Shown here: in pieces, positions 25,601-40,800 of the stretch
Numbering within the stretch: the first letter of the stretch is position 1
How the letters are laid out: each line of letters starts with the position of its first letter
Origin: Paragordius varius
Lineage: Eukaryota > Animalia > Nematomorpha
Reading direction: 5' to 3'
NCBI GenBank assembly: GCA_964247055.1
Contig: OZ176051.1
Location: 15,066,001 to 15,130,000 of the forward strand
Length of the DNA stretch: 64,000 nucleotides
Translations under genes and position numbers: made by a program
Notes under the pieces: generated by a model
Seen by the model: the letters and a program-made list of their open reading frames with translations, nothing else
Databases searched by the model: none
Told to the model about the DNA's origin: nothing

Positions 25601-27654
25601 TAATAGATGGTTATTGATAACGTCATCCTGGGCCGCTTTATTATCCCCCAACAATATGTAATGGCGGTGCAGACCCACATTCTTTTGACAGTCTATTACC
25701 AGCCTGCCATGAGAATGCAGACTAGTGCAGGGCCTGGGCCGTCGAAGCAGAAAATGAATCATAGAAAAATGTTTCCTTGAGTGCTTCTCATTAGCTGCCA
25801 GCCTAGAAAAATATCGTGAAGCAAACGTCTTCCTGTTGCGTTTCAAGCAATTCACATTGGCTTTGATCCATGCTCTGCGGCGACTCGTGTAACACTTATT
25901 CCGTATCGCTTAAGGAAATCGTTTAGTCCACTCAGATAACCAATCCTCGTAGACAGCACGCCTTTGCCTGTTTGGAAGTGAGTTCACCAAGCACTATGGT
26001 TCATTTAGATTTTGGACCTATTAAGGGGCGCGGAGGAATCCATGTCACCTGTAATTCAGCCCAGATCAAGAGATGATCGCTAATTAGATCGTTGTTGATC
26101 AAGCAACCAACATTCTTAATTATCGACACGTCTTTCTCTCGTACAATGACGAAATAAATTTGGGAAGGGCACACATTTATTGCAATTTTTGTGTACGTGT
26201 TGGCCATCCAGAAAAAAAGTGTTGCCAACAGTAGACCTCGGTCATCTCAAAAGGATGCAAGAAGTTTACCAGCCTTGGTGGAAGCAGTTATAGTGTGTTT
26301 TCCAATTGAACACAAAGATATGTTTGCTCCCACTGACCAAATATGAGACGATTTCGTGCCGGAACCGAATGTAGAATTAATTCTAAATCGTTCAAAAATT
26401 CAGCATACTCAGAGACATCATATGGGCCATGGGCACTAATAATATAGTGTTTAGTATTAATTTTTATTTGGAGCTCGGCCATATGAGAATGCGGTACCTA
26501 ATTAATAACCCGTCGCAGAATATTGCGCCTTTCCAAGAACCCAACTCCTCCAAACATATAATTTGCTTTGGTGATAAAGAGAGTGAAGTGCTGAATAAAT
26601 TTTCGGCGACCATCGAAGGTGCAGCGAGTTTCCTGAAGGTAAAGAAGTTAAAGGGAGTTATTTGTGAAAATCATTCTTACATCCGCCAATTTGTTATGAA
26701 TGCCAAAAACATTCCAACAGCCAAACTTGAGGAGATATGGGGTAGGCATATGAATACAGAAGCGGAGCAAATAATAAAATTAAATAGTTTGATATATGAT
26801 GCAATATAGTTGATTCAGTAAAAGACGTGATCAACTCATAAACAAGTGTTGAGTTGTGGTAACATTTTTTTAATTATCAAGTAATAAATTTTCGGATTGT
26901 TTTAATGGCCATGTGACACCTTATTTTACATTATTTTCTAAGTTACTTCAGTGATAATAATATATATTATATTTTTTTAAAATCAAGTCATAACAGAAAA
27001 TATTGATGGAAAAATATCGTCACCTCGAGGAGCATAAATATCGATTGATTTTTTATTAAATAAACTTATAATCATGATGTACTGTCAATTAACAAATTGT
27101 GTGATATAATTATTTTTATTCAGATACAAGAGTCTATATGCCTTAGTGCCCTTTTGACGAATCTGCTAATTTGAATAGATTTGATCGAGTATTTAAAGAA
27201 GCTGAGGCAATGTCGACTTTACTTTAACGCGTTTATAAGGGATGTTATTTGGGATTTTCAGGCTCTGTATATAGTGTAATTAAAACACATGTTTTTGTGA
27301 CGTGTAATGATGTTATTAATAAATGAGATAGAGATTTGTATGCGTAAACTTTTGATAAAATGATTATAAAAAATAAGCTTTGGACTTGGTGATTTGGATA
27401 TCAAAGAAAAAAATTGACAATTTATTGAATTTTAAACAAAAGTTAGTGAATAAGAGTTAACCTATATTAACCAAAATACAATTAATTTCATTATTTTTAT
27501 CGCATTCATAGTTAATATGATTATTTATATTTAAAATGTTTCTACGTTTCTTAAATATTAACAAAAAAGGTATAAAACCTTTATATTATATCAATTTTAT
27601 TTAACTTGGTAGAATTGCTACCAGATCGAATAGTTTGTAATTTTTTTAGCGTAA

Positions 27655-29015
27655 TAACTGTCGAGCAAGTTGTTTTGAATAAATGCAAATATTGACATTT
27701 TCTACAAAAATAGCGTATCACGCAGTTTAATGTAATGATTTTGCCAAAATATATAAAATTAGGGTTTGGTTGTAAAAATTTAAAGATTTTTTTTTCGTAT
27801 AAAATAAAAAATAGGCTGGACAAGTTTATCAATTTTGGGATTTTAATTCGGCTGAATTGAATGAATTTGGAATACTACAAGTAGTTTAACCCAAAAATAA
27901 ATTAAAATATAAAATTTTCGATATAAGAAGTTCTGGTTCTCATCCTTGAAAAAAATCTCAATAAATTAAAATATTTAATATTTTTTTGTGGTACCTGTTA
28001 TTTAAGATACAGTTAGGAGAGCTATTATTAATGATTTTGATATTTTTAAAACTTGACATTTTTGGGGTAGTTATCTATCCCATTGTGATTTAATAGTGAA
28101 GGCCAAAATAAAAATATGCTTTCTTTAGCCTTGTAAGCACATGATACATTTTTTTTCAAAAATAAAATTGTAAAAATATTTATCTAAAACCTTTCGCCAC
28201 TTTTTTTTCTTTTATTTTTCTAAATGCTAATACAAGGGAAATAAATGCATATCTCGGAAGATACTAAAAATATTTAACGGGAATCATAAGTATCAAAAGC
28301 TACAATATAAATCCATTTGATATTGACGGTAAAGTTGGATGAAATTTAAATATTCTGATAGAAAAATATCATAATTTTTACAGTGCTTTTGAGTTTGGCC
28401 CTCACATGTTATTAAGAAGTTATATCCACTTTAATGGATCACACAGATATTATTTTAATTTATTTTTTTTATATAAAAGCCAATTAAACTCATTTCATAA
28501 TAAACAGATCTTAGATTATTCCATTTACAAAACAATTAATTAAATTTTAATTTTTTGATGTGAGATTCAGTCCCACATTTTACCGCTAAAATAGGCCATA
28601 ACAAAAATGATCTAATAATATCCCGATCAGGTATAAAACATTTATATTATATCAATTTTATCTATGTTGGTAAAATTCTAAATACAGCAAAGGGAAAACG
28701 CAATTTATTCCGTTTCATGCTTTTTTTAAAATTATTTATAATTATAGGGTTAATTTCTTTTTTATGATATATCAAAATGTTAAAAATTATGTTTATTTTG
28801 TTATATACTATATATCAATCGGGCTTAAACCAGAAGTGTAAGTTTAGCTAGATAGATTGGCATAATTTATTTTACTGCAGTAACTGTCGAGCAAGTTGTT
28901 TTGATTTAATGCAAATATTTACATTTTCTGCAAAACTAACGTATCACGCACGAGTTTTATGTTATGATTTTGCCAAAATATATAAAAATTAGGCTTTGGT
29001 CCAAAAAATTTAAAA
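27655..29015. repeat. Direct duplication of ~135 bp (27655-27790 and 28881-29015)
   Basis: Both begin TAACTGTCGAGCAAGTTGTTTTGA and share CGTATCACGCA and GATTTTGCCAAAATATATAAAA. Confidence 0.8.
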
Positions 29016-29109
29016 ATATTTATTTAGTACCCAGTAATATCGTTATACATTGCCAAATTTAAATAATATTTACTTAATCTCTTTTAATACTATAGGCATT
29101 TTTATTCTC

Positions 29110-29117
29110 TATATAAG
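29110..29117 (+). promoter_or_regulatory. Candidate TATA box
   Basis: TATATAAG about 40-47 bp upstream of the ATG at 29157. Confidence 0.4.
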
Positions 29118-29156
29118 ACACCCAAAAATTATATCAAGGCTATTAATTTTTTTGCA

Positions 29157-31846
29157 ATGATACCACTATCAATTTTATTCCTATTTGGGTTCTGCGGTGT
29201 ATTAGCTCAAACTCAACCAAAGCCAAAAGATATATGGGTTAGATTTGGTGACGAATATTATTATGAACTTCTTGATGTATACAAAGGGAGAGCTAACATA
29301 ACTGTCAATTTTGCGTACAAAACATTTTCCTACCGTAATGTCAATTATAGTCAATTTCTTGATAAAGAGATCGCACCTAAATTGAATTTAGTGGATGGCC
29401 CTTATTCAGTACTGAAAAATGGCGTGACAGTTAGCCGTGGACAAATTTTTATTGAAGGTATATTCCTTATTAATAAGATACTCTTGTGCAATTGTTTTTT
29501 TGTATGATAGAGGCTACTTGTATGTTTCAATAAATATTAAATCCTTAAATTATGATTTGTAATTGCATATACTTTATGCTTTTGGTTATATATCATTGAA
29601 TAACAAAACAGTACATGTGATATTGTTACACGCTCTGTAAAGATTATTTTCTCAATTTAACCTTATCAATTGATATTTTATCTCCTATATTAAATTGTAA
29701 TTTTTCGATATATAGAACATACAGATATCATAGAGGTATCTCCGAATCAGATCAAAAAGTGTGAATTTGATATAGCTGAATTTTGGCAACCACTAAAAAA
29801 TTCTAAAACACCCCCTACCATTCAAATAACTACCAAATATGGAAAACGAGTGCCCTTCCAAGTGTCAAACAAAACGAAATTAATTTTTAATATACCTGGT
29901 AAATGTGATTATGCTGGAAGTTTGATTATTACCATAGATGGAAAAAAACTTGAAAACTATATTATAGTCTCCTACCCTTTGACGGAATACAGGAGCTACA
30001 ATGGGCGATTTATATTTGAGGAAGATTGTTCTGATTTGTTTAATGACCCAAATTTAGCAAAAAAGTGTCGATTAAACCTCTATAGTTTCAATCGAATTTC
30101 TGAAGTATCTAACGGGTCAATCCGGGCTAATATAACAGCGGTCCCTGATGAGACTTTAGTCCTTTTCGTGAATGGTTATACTTATAGAACTTGGGAAACT
30201 AAATTTGTTGGTATTTCATCATTTATAATTAATATTTTTATATAAATATATTTAACTTTAAGTGTCATGACTGTATATCCTGGTAGGTGAATATTAAAGT
30301 TTACAAAAGTCCTTATGCCATTGTTTTTATTTATCTCATATGCAAGGAAAATGACTCCAAACTATATATATATATTTAATGTAGGAACGTGGGACAAAGC
30401 TGGAAACTTTAAATATACCCCTAAAAGTTTAAGTAAGTTCTATTACTATTAATATTTTCTATGACAAATATATATTATAGAAATAATACATCATTCCTAT
30501 TTGTAAATATAACATTGTGTAAAAAATCAGATATTCCGACCTTTCATTAAAATATTTTGCTTTTATCACACATGCTAAACCATAAATTTAAACAGTACTT
30601 AAGATATTAATAATTAATATTAAATCGAAAATTCCTTGTCAAGTCAATTCCATATAGCGGATTCTTGCTTAAAAACTTAGAAGTGGTGTAATACCGTAAA
30701 ACAAACGCTCCTTAAATTTTACAAACACGTTAAATTTATTGAATATTAGCAACAAGCGTGCGGAAATACTATCAATGTGAAAATACAGTTAGTTTTTCAA
30801 CACTTGGATGGAATGTGAAAGATGTTGAGCTTCTCGGCCCTTCTTATGAATATTTGAACAAATTTAAGACGTCCATGGACAAAAATCAATTGATACTAAG
30901 TGTTCCGGGAACACAAATATCCAAATACGACAAAATATATCTAAAAAAATTGGATTCTCTTCATGAAATCAAATTGGTAGCTCAAGAGTGCAAAACTATT
31001 TCCAAAAGTATTATTTTTATTAAAATATATATTAAATTATAAATGATATAAGAGAATTGACTTTAACCTTTAAATTTTTATATATAAATGCAACATAATT
31101 ATTAAAATAAAAATTTATTTTTATTTAATGTTTAATATAGGGTATTTATTAATTAACCTAGAAGAATATATAATTGGCTATGAGTAGAAAAAAACGAAAC
31201 TCAATTGCTTTTCTAATGTAACTATTATATTAAAATTTTTATAGATAGTTGTCGGATAACACACAATTTTCCAGGGTTAAGTTTTATAGAGAATCTCATA
31301 CGATTTTTCATAAAATTTAATTTACCTAAATAAAATAGTATTTTAATAATTCTTTGGAACATTTAAAGCTAGATTGAGAAAATGTAGTTTGGTGGAAATT
31401 ACCTGATATTCACCTGCTTAATAATAATAAACAAAGTACAGAATGAGTCAAAACACATAGCCCTTTAAATATTCTCACACACATAAAAGATTCTTAGTTT
31501 ATTTTAGTTACTGATGACTAGAATTACTACAATTTGATTTTTTGCATAAAATTGATCGTAATATATTTTATAAGCCACCTCAATGCATTTTTTTTTTAAT
31601 GTGTAATATTTTTCTTTTATCGATATATTAGATATTAGATGGAATAATGCAAGGACGTGGGATCAAATCAAGTCACACCTCTTACCAAACCAATATTCCA
31701 CGGAAGTAACTGTCCATGCCAAGAATCAGTCTCGTTACACAATCGAATGCAGAGCGAATTCTTGTAGAAAATTGCTTCTTTCGGTCGGAGATCAACTCGC
31801 TATTATTAATAATCAATTAAAACTATTAATAACACAAAATATCTAA
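29157..31846 (+). CDS. Six-exon gene for a 446-aa secreted protein with no recognised domain
   Basis: Exons 29157-29457, 29716-30210, 30385-30432, 30750-31007, 31245-31275, 31639-31846. All introns GT-AG with consistent phases; 1341 nt, no internal stop. Signal peptide MIPLSILFLFGFCGVLA. Confidence 0.82.
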
Positions 31847-33149
31847 ATCAATTTCATTTTCCAATGATTTATTAAAGTTAGTTATTTTCCACAAATATTA
31901 AATAAATATTTAAAACAATTATTTAATTCTCATTTTGGAAGATTTTGAATAGCCAAAACAGAAGTAATTGAAACCTCATAATCTTAACGCTAGGATCTCG
32001 ATATTTATAATCCATTTGTCTCTACCAGCAATGTTCTACACGCGTACTTCGGCAGTAATTCGCTGCCAGCAATTATAAATATGAAAATTCAACATTTTAA
32101 TATATCATTTAAATTGAATTAATTTTTTTTTGAAATATTTAAGTGTTCGTGTCTTAGATCTGCACCAGATTTTGTATGTATTGCTTCATATTTTTAAGCT
32201 AAAATATTTATTACATTAGAGTGTATATAATTTTATGAGTTCTTTTAAGTGGCTCGTCGTTTTTAAAACATTAAAGCATATTAAGGAAGGCATTTTATAT
32301 TTAAGCCGTAGAAATGGGGCGCACTGAGGAACCAGGATTCTGCCCACGAAAAGCTCTTTTACATTTTGTAAATAATTTTTTAATTGTGAGCTCTCAAAGT
32401 CCAAAGTTTTTTGTTCTTTTAAAATGGGCTAGTTCTTTTAAAATAAACAAAATTTGGGGATAGCAATACATAATTAATTTTGATAGCACCTAAATTTTTT
32501 TTAAAAAATCATACTTTTTCAAATTGATTTTTTGCTAAATTTTGTTAAAGTGCTCATACTATTTTGAGGCAAATGGAAACGGTATGAATTCGAATATGCT
32601 GAACACTTCTATCAACTGGGATGGATTAACAATTTTTTACCTTTATGCTTTTTTGCCCTAGGTATACATTATAATGTAGTTTTATATCCCAGAGCTTAAT
32701 TTTGCGAATAAACTAAGTTAAAGTTATTTTAGTTAAAATAATTAACACACATTCCTCTTATGTGATGAAAAAAACTTATATCTTTTATTTGACTTCTAGA
32801 GTCTGAAAACTCCAAAACACGATTGAAACAAACAGCTGAAATTAATATAATATATTAAATTTTTTCTAGTAAAATGTGATTTGAAAGCTTTTTAAATTAT
32901 ATACAATTTTACCATAGCAATCATTTGCCTGATTAGCGATTTAAAATTAATATAAAAAATGGCACCAAAAATGTTTGAGATAAAGATTTTTTACAAATTG
33001 CATTTTTAAAAAATTTTTTGTACAACGCGCCCAAAAGACTAGAACATAAAAGTCAATTCAGCTTAATACGTTAATTTTTTAAGTAGTAGACACCACACTA
33101 AAAAAGCTCAGCCCTCAAACAAAAATATAAATGGTCGTTTGAAAACAGT

Positions 33150-34804
33150 GTTAAACATTTTTCTGCTACCAAAAACAATGCCTTCAGGGTCTGATTAATG
33201 ATCGTGAAAATTTAGATAAAAAATTCATATCTACAAGCAAAGCGTTAGGCGCAAAAATACTGCGTCGTTTAAAAAATACCCAGGCTATCGATTTTGGCAA
33301 CAATATAGAGAAAAAAACCAAGTCAAAAGTCTACAAATGGGCAAAGAGTTTACCTGAGTGCAATGAACAAAAGTATTCAGAAGTACACGCATATCCAATG
33401 CGATCAGCTTTAATCCGCAACTCGTTAATGAAAGCTTTCATGACTATTTTAAAGAGTCGCTAAACCATTCTATTAAAGTAGTTAACGACACTAACTCACT
33501 ATCTTTCCAGGTTGTGCAGGGTTTATAACCCTAAACGACATAGTAAAACCTCTATCCAAACTAAAAAACAAAAGAACACCCGGCTTATGCGAACGTATCT
33601 GTCGACTTAATTAAATGCATTGACCCGGCCATAATATGTCCTAATCTCTCCTATATGTTTAATAATATACTCAAAACAGACAAGATCCCTGATGAATGGA
33701 GATAGTTATATAATTCCAATTTACAAAGGGAAAGGCGATCCATGTCAACGCATACAGGTCTATCAAAATTCTAAAACATTCATTGAAAATATAAGAATAT
33801 GATTTTGCTCGGCAAACTTAAAAATAAACTACACACAAACGATATGCCAATAGGTTTTATCAATAATAAAATACAATAGATGCTATATTTATATTAAAAC
33901 AGTTACAATCGGCACATTCCATTTAATATCCACTTCATTAGCCTTTGTTGACCTAGAGAAGGCTTTTGATAGTGTAAAAACACTAATACCATGGGCTTTA
34001 AGGACGAATGGGCGCGAAGAATGGATCAAACAGGCAATTATGGATCTCTACCACAATAGTTATACCAAGATAAAAACTGCCTATGGCTTTACTCAAAATT
34101 TTTTATCGATTCCGGCTTGCATCGAGGCTCCATTACGAGCCCTATACTTTTCAATGTAATTCTAGATAAAATTACAGGCGTCATTAGGACAGGGTTACCG
34201 TGGCAGATCTTGTTCGCTGACGATTCTTTACTTACTTCCACCCAAGAAGACCTTGTATTTGAAAATTCAGAAATCTACTCTTGAAATTGGTATTGAAATA
34301 AATATTAGCAGAACTAAATTATGACACACTATTGATAAAAAACAAAGTACGCCTGTAGTGTTTGTAGAAAAGATATCAAATTTAACTCCTTAATGTGCTT
34401 TGGTTATCCCACCCTTGTTCCACAATTCCTATGTAAACCATGTAATGAGTTAACACCGATTCAAAGTACAAAACCATTTATTTGCAACCTACATGCAATT
34501 AAAACAGTAGATTCCTTGATATACCTCGGCGACGTTATTACCACTAAAGGAGGTATAGTTAATGGAATAAAACACCGATCCAACCAAGATTGGAAAAAAT
34601 ACCATTAAATCAAGCATAACAACAAATTAATAAACATTACAAAGCAAAAATATACACTACAGCGAACGGCTAGCCCTTACATACGGCGCAGAAACATGGC
34701 CATTAACTAAAACTAATAAAAATAAAATTTTACGAACAGAAATTAAATCCTCAAGACAATTTTGCATTAAACTCATCCAAAAATTTCAATAATAATTTTG
34801 ACGC
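33150..34804 (+). mobile_element. Decayed RTE-like LINE (RT region), host of the Gypsy insertion; continues at 41654
   Basis: YKGKGD, FVDLEKAFDSV, LFADD, YLGDVI and GAETWPL motifs in broken frames. Confidence 0.8.
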
Positions 34805-37800
34805 TGTGGTGACTCGGGAAACCGTAAAACAATAATATTTATAAATGTATTCAAACCTAATATATACATTTGTTATTCTAAAGCTAACTGATGTATTCAA
34901 ATCTATCATATCTTCTTATCCGAATCCAAGCCGATCTGGTGCTTTTCTTTCCCTAAGAGGATATCTTCTTTCAGATTCTTTCTCAGTTGTCTTTTCCGTT
35001 TTCATTTCAACCTGGGTGTCTTTCTCGTTTTCTTTTTCTTTGCTTTGTTCCTCCCCCACCTCCCGATTATTGGTTGTAATACATTCATCCTTTTGGTTTA
35101 TCGTTAAAACACCATCATCCCCCTCTCCGCCGTTCTCGACGCCGGTCAGCCGTAGATCCGCATTTTGCGAAGTGTTCGATATCCATCTTTTACCGAGTGC
35201 GAGAGTATCCCTGTTTTCTCCAAAATTGAAACTTTTTTCCACCCCGAATTGATTTCATTCTTTATGTACACTTCTTCGTCCGGTCTAAAAACTTGATTGG
35301 GTATTATGTCGTCCTCTAATTGTTGTGCGGGTGTTTCCCTAACTCAAGAGAAGGGGGTATTAATATGTCTTTTCAGAAATAAATTATACGGGCACTCTTT
35401 TGTGGCGCTATGTACGGCGGAGCGATAACCCCATAACACTTGATTTATTTTTTTGTCAGGAGTCAGCTTAGAATCCGTTAGCGATTTATACTGTCCTTTT
35501 AAGGTGTAAATGACGCGTTCCACCAGCCCTTTTGTTCGTGGATGATAGGGGGCACTAGTGACATGTTTAATGTTTGCTCGTTGCAAGGTATCTTTAAAAT
35601 ACTTTGATGCAGAATACGATGCATTATCGGTAACTATCATTTAGGGAAACCCGTACCTTACACACCAAATTTCTAACCAATGTAGTATGTTTGCAGAATT
35701 AACAGTGCTTAGCAATTCGACTTCAACCCATCTGGAGCTACTATCGATAGCTACTAACCAATAAAACCCATAAATAGGACGGGCAATATCAAGATGTATC
35801 CATTCCCAGATACCCGTATTAAAATTCCATTTGTACGTGGGATTGCCTTTTATGCTACTCCGGTTTAACTGACACCCCATACAAGATCTCACATAACTTT
35901 CGGTATCTTGACTTTTACCTGGCCAATAACCCTTGACTTGGCAGACTCTTTCATTACATTAGTCCCCGAATGTCCATCATGCAAAAATTTTAACGTTTCA
36001 TTGCGCAACGCCCTGGGAATAAAAAGATGATCGCCCCAATACAACAAATCATATGATTCTTGTATTTCGTTTCTTATGCTCAATATCAAAAAAATTGGAG
36101 ATGACCAATCATTATGATGTAGTGCCGCTTTTAATGTCATTAAAAACTCATCCCGTTAAGTATTTTCTTTAATTCGCTGTCCGTTTAAGTTGTCTGTTGT
36201 TAAAATGAATTACCTACTGGGTGCTCGCTCATCAACCTCCTCTGTCGGTTCTTCATACGGTAGACAATAACCAATCCGCCAAATTTTCCCAACCATTAAT
36301 ATATTGAATATTAAAATTATAATCGGCTGTTCTGAATATCCATCTTACTATTTCTACTATTGTTAATATTACTTAGATCTCTTTTACAGCCAAACAACTT
36401 GATTAGGAGTTTATGATCGGTTAATAATACGAACTTTCTGCCATACACAAACATTTTAAACTTTTCTAGCGCATACAAAATTGCCATTGCTTCTTGATCA
36501 ATTACCGAGAAATGTTGTTCTGCCTTTGCACATTTTGGATACGCAAAAGCTATCGGCCGTTTTCCATAACTTATCATATGTGATAAGACTGCTCCGAATC
36601 CATCATTCGTAGGGTCTGTTTCAAGCACCAAGGGAAGGTTTGGGTTAAACGGTATTAGACAATGCCCTACTCACCAACAGTTTAGCTTTATTAAAAACCC
36701 CTACTTTTTTTGTAGCCAACATCATTTCTTAGAACCTGTAAGCGCATGTAAATCCGCGATTGTAGCATGCAAAAATGGGATAAAACGAGCGTGAAAATTT
36801 ACATTCCCAAAAAAGATCGGAGTGATGTCTTATTGGTAGGTGTAGGACAATTGAAAATTGCTTTTACCTTTTCGTTATCAGGTTTAACTTTGTCTTATAT
36901 CCTAAGTATGACACTGAGGAACGAGCTAATTGAATTTTATCCTTTTTTAATTTCAAACCCACAGCAGCTAATTTGTTTAAAACTTTTTCTAAGTTATCCT
37001 TATGCTGCATTACCGTTGTTCCATTAACAATTACATCATCTAAGCATACCGCCGTACCTGGACAATCTTTTAATAACTCATCCATAATTTGTTGAAACAT
37101 GGGTGCACTACATATTCCCAATGGCAGTTTCTTGAATCGAAAAAGGACCTATATGCGAACCAAATGTGAGTAAATGTGGATAATCTTGGTGAATAGGCAT
37201 TTGCCAGTAAGCTTCTTTTAGATCTAAGGTCGTAAAAACCTTTCCCTGCCCGATTTTAAACACTAACTGATCAAACGTTGGAATCCAATGATCGACAGAA
37301 ACCAGACTTGGGTTAACAGTAACTCTAAAATCACCACATATGCTAATATCATTATTAATCTTTTTAACTATCACCAACGGAGTTACCCAGTCAATTCGTG
37401 TTTGCGAGGAGTTTATGGCCTCAATGATACCCGGACTTTCAAGCCTCTTTAATTCACTCTCCACCTTAGACTGAAGCGGAATTGGTACCCTCCTGGCCGC
37501 AAATCTTTTGGGGATACTCCCTTTTTTGAGAAACAACTTGATGGGTTGTCCCGTGTAACACCCCATACCCTCACAAAACAAATCCTTAAATTTATTATAT
37601 TCCACGTAATTAACATTTTTTACACATACAGGCTTTGGAAATCTGCATTCAAAACTTTTCATCCATGGTAATCCAAAAATGTTACCCCAATCATCCCTAG
37701 TAACCATACATTCCAACTGTTTGACCATACCATTCCATTTCACATCTACCATACATTGTCCCATCACCTCTACACCTTGCTGGTTGAACCCAACTATTGG

Positions 37801-40800
37801 ACCCGCGGGAGCTAAGGTCGGCCGCCCAATCTCCATCCACGTGCTCTTCTCAATCAATGATATTTGAGCTCCGGTATCGTACAACATCCTCACCCAATAG
37901 TCATTCAGACTTTCTTGCGTTCGGGCTTAATTATTATTAATGTTACCATTCATTATATTAATTCGCCGTCAACACCTGCCAAAATGACCTCGTCCTTTGC
38001 ATCTGTAACACTCTTTGTTTGAAGCGGGACACCAGTTGATCGCATGCAAGTACCCACATTTTCCACACTTCTTCTTTATTATCATCACCTGCTAATGGCA
38101 GAACCCTGTTTAATCAAATATCTGTTCGCCTTTTTGTACGCCATTGCCATTTCTACCACCATCTCCAACGTAACAGGTTTCCCATCAAACATTGCATCTG
38201 GAAATTTCGTGAACAGATCTATTTCCAATCTTTTTAGTTGTAACCTTCCAACAAACCCATCTCTGATTCTTAGCAATGCATCTTGCCCAAAGTTGCACCG
38301 GGCAGCACATTCCTTTATCCGAATCAAAATCCATCATCGATTCCGTGGCTTCCCTCCGGAGTTGCGTAAACTGGAACCTGGCTGCAAACACATTGTATGT
38401 CGGAGCAAATATATTTTTTCCAACTGCTACCGAATTCCACCCAACTTCCTCTAACAGTACAAGACAAAAGAATTTCTTCATCTTTGGAATATGGGATAGA
38501 CCGATGTAGGCCAATAACAAGTTTTTTTGTTTCGACATCTCCATGAATTAATTTCACTTTTAACATTCTATTTATATAATCGATATAGTCATCCAAGCAA
38601 TTTGCGGTATCATATTCCAGACTTAATTACTCCATGCACGAATGTAATGATGTAAAACGACCGCGCCAAATGTGGTGATTCGAGAAACTGTAAAAAAAGA
38701 ATATTTATTGAGATAAAATACAAAAACTAAACTATAAAAACTTGCGGTGTTTATATACTTTTTATGAAAAAAAAACATTTACATGTTGAACCAAGGTACA
38801 ATAAGGTGTGCAGGTTAAATACAAAATTAATACATATTTTTTAATTCAAATATAAAAGGTCATCAAAAATGTATTCAAATCCTATATATAAATTTGTCTA
38901 GTCACGCATGTAAACACATGCTTTTAATCGAGTGGGAAAGGTACGGTATACTTACCCATCTCTTATCGACCTTTTTTATAAAAAACATTAATTTTATACC
39001 TTCTTCGAACATTAGAAATAGTTATATTATATTCCTTACATATCCTTAACATATTTCTCATCATTCTCCCATTCTAAGCACATTCTGCTAATGTTGAAAT
39101 CACGTAATCTCAGCATCCGTACCGCAACGTGGTTTACGTGGAGCTTACAACAATCACAAATTAGATATAGTAGTATGACGAAGCATAAAATTGACATACT
39201 AGGAATTTCAAAGTCACACATTCCCTCTACCGGAACCTGAGAATTTGACAATCATATCTGTATTACTCCGGTTATCATTCGTTAAAATACAACGGTGTCG
39301 GTATAATAATGAATAAAAAGTTAGAAATTTATCGGACATTTTTAATCTAATCAATGAACGCAATCCGCATACAAACAACCCCTCAACCCATTACAATCTT
39401 TCAAATTTACGCCCCTATCTCCTCCTACAGCGATGACAACTGTGAAAATATTTACAGTGATTTCGACTTGGCGATTTCCCAATCAAAAAAAGATATCATA
39501 TTTATCTTAGGCGATTTCAATTCAATCATAGGAAAAGACAAAACACCTCCATGGGCATAAAAAAGGAGAGAGGAGATAGATTGATTGAATTTTGTGCTAA
39601 CCATCGTTTCTTCGTCTCAAACACCTTTTTTAAACAGCCCAAACGACGTCTATACACATGGCGTTCCCCGTGTCAAAGATACCGTAACCAAATTGACTTC
39701 ATATTATGTATGGTAAAATATAAAAGTTCATTTCATAATGTCAAATGCCTACCAGGATCGGATTGCTACAGCGGCCACAACCTATTGATCGCCAAACTCT
39801 GCATTAAATTACAACTCCCAAAATTTCCAAACCCATTAGAACAAGATTAGTTTATGATACAATCGACGACAAGTTTAGCACCGCTTTATCAAATCGTTTC
39901 GAGTGTCTTGATCATAATTCCGAAAACTATCAGAATATAAATTTTGGAACGCTATACACACAATCTGCAGAGACACCGCCGACGAATTTATACAGCCTCT
40001 CAAACGTACTAAACAAAAAATTAAATTATCAACAAAAAGTCTTCGCAGAAAAACGTAGAGAATCCAAAATCAAATGCAAATGGGATGAAAACAAACAACT
40101 AAACAGTGAATTTCAAAAGAGTGCAAGAGAGGACAAAAATAATTATTATGACCAACTGTGTGAAAAATTAAAAACAGACGCCAAAAATAACCAAAACCTT
40201 TTTGCCCATACAAACAATATTATTCCTCACAAAAAAGGTTTTTACAAGGGACCTATGAGAAACGACAACACCTCAATCATCACCGAAAAAGACGAAATTC
40301 GCAAACTCTGGCTTAAACACATAAGTAAACTATCCAACGTAAATAACCCCCAGACTATCAACGAACCTACTCACCAAAAAGAACCACCCATAATGAAAGA
40401 AGAACACGCTATAAAACACTAGTACGGAAAATCAGAGGGGCAAAAGACATCTCTACTAAATATTAAAATATATCCCAATCGATATACTTACCAAATTATT
40501 TCGAAATATATTTGAGGTGGAAAAAATTCCTGAGGATTGTTGCACATCAATTATGATTCCTATTTTAAAAAAGGGTAATACAGAACTGTGCGACAACTAT
40601 CACACCATATCGCTCATTAACCAGGTGTCCAAAGTTTTCCTAAAAAAATACATTTTCTACTAAATACCATTCGTGGCCCGATAATATCCACGATTCAGGC
40701 TGGTTTTAGAAAAGGTAGATGATGCCGAGACATAATATGCAATATGAGGTGGATACTAGAGAAACATATCGAATTCAACAGAGAATTGCACATGTGCTTT

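Larger units (their letters stand above)
21830..26800 (-). mobile_element. Decayed non-LTR retrotransposon (APE endonuclease + RT) split by two DNA-transposon insertions
   Basis: EN: GCWNV, LQETR, IISAHGP, SQIYF, SDHLLI (26800-25600). RT: GPD, YLDITKGFD (24470-23930), GLKQGCPL and YADD (22058-21830). Confidence 0.85.

Noticed and set aside
26429-26809. 126-aa plus-strand ORF; likewise 24180-24473, 34845-35252, 38044-38454 and 13491-13769
   Set aside because: Antisense shadows of LINE or Gypsy coding remnants.
31960-32420. Protein-like minus-strand fragments (LKNYLQNVKELFVGRILVP)
   Set aside because: No recognisable motif, splice chain or TE boundary.
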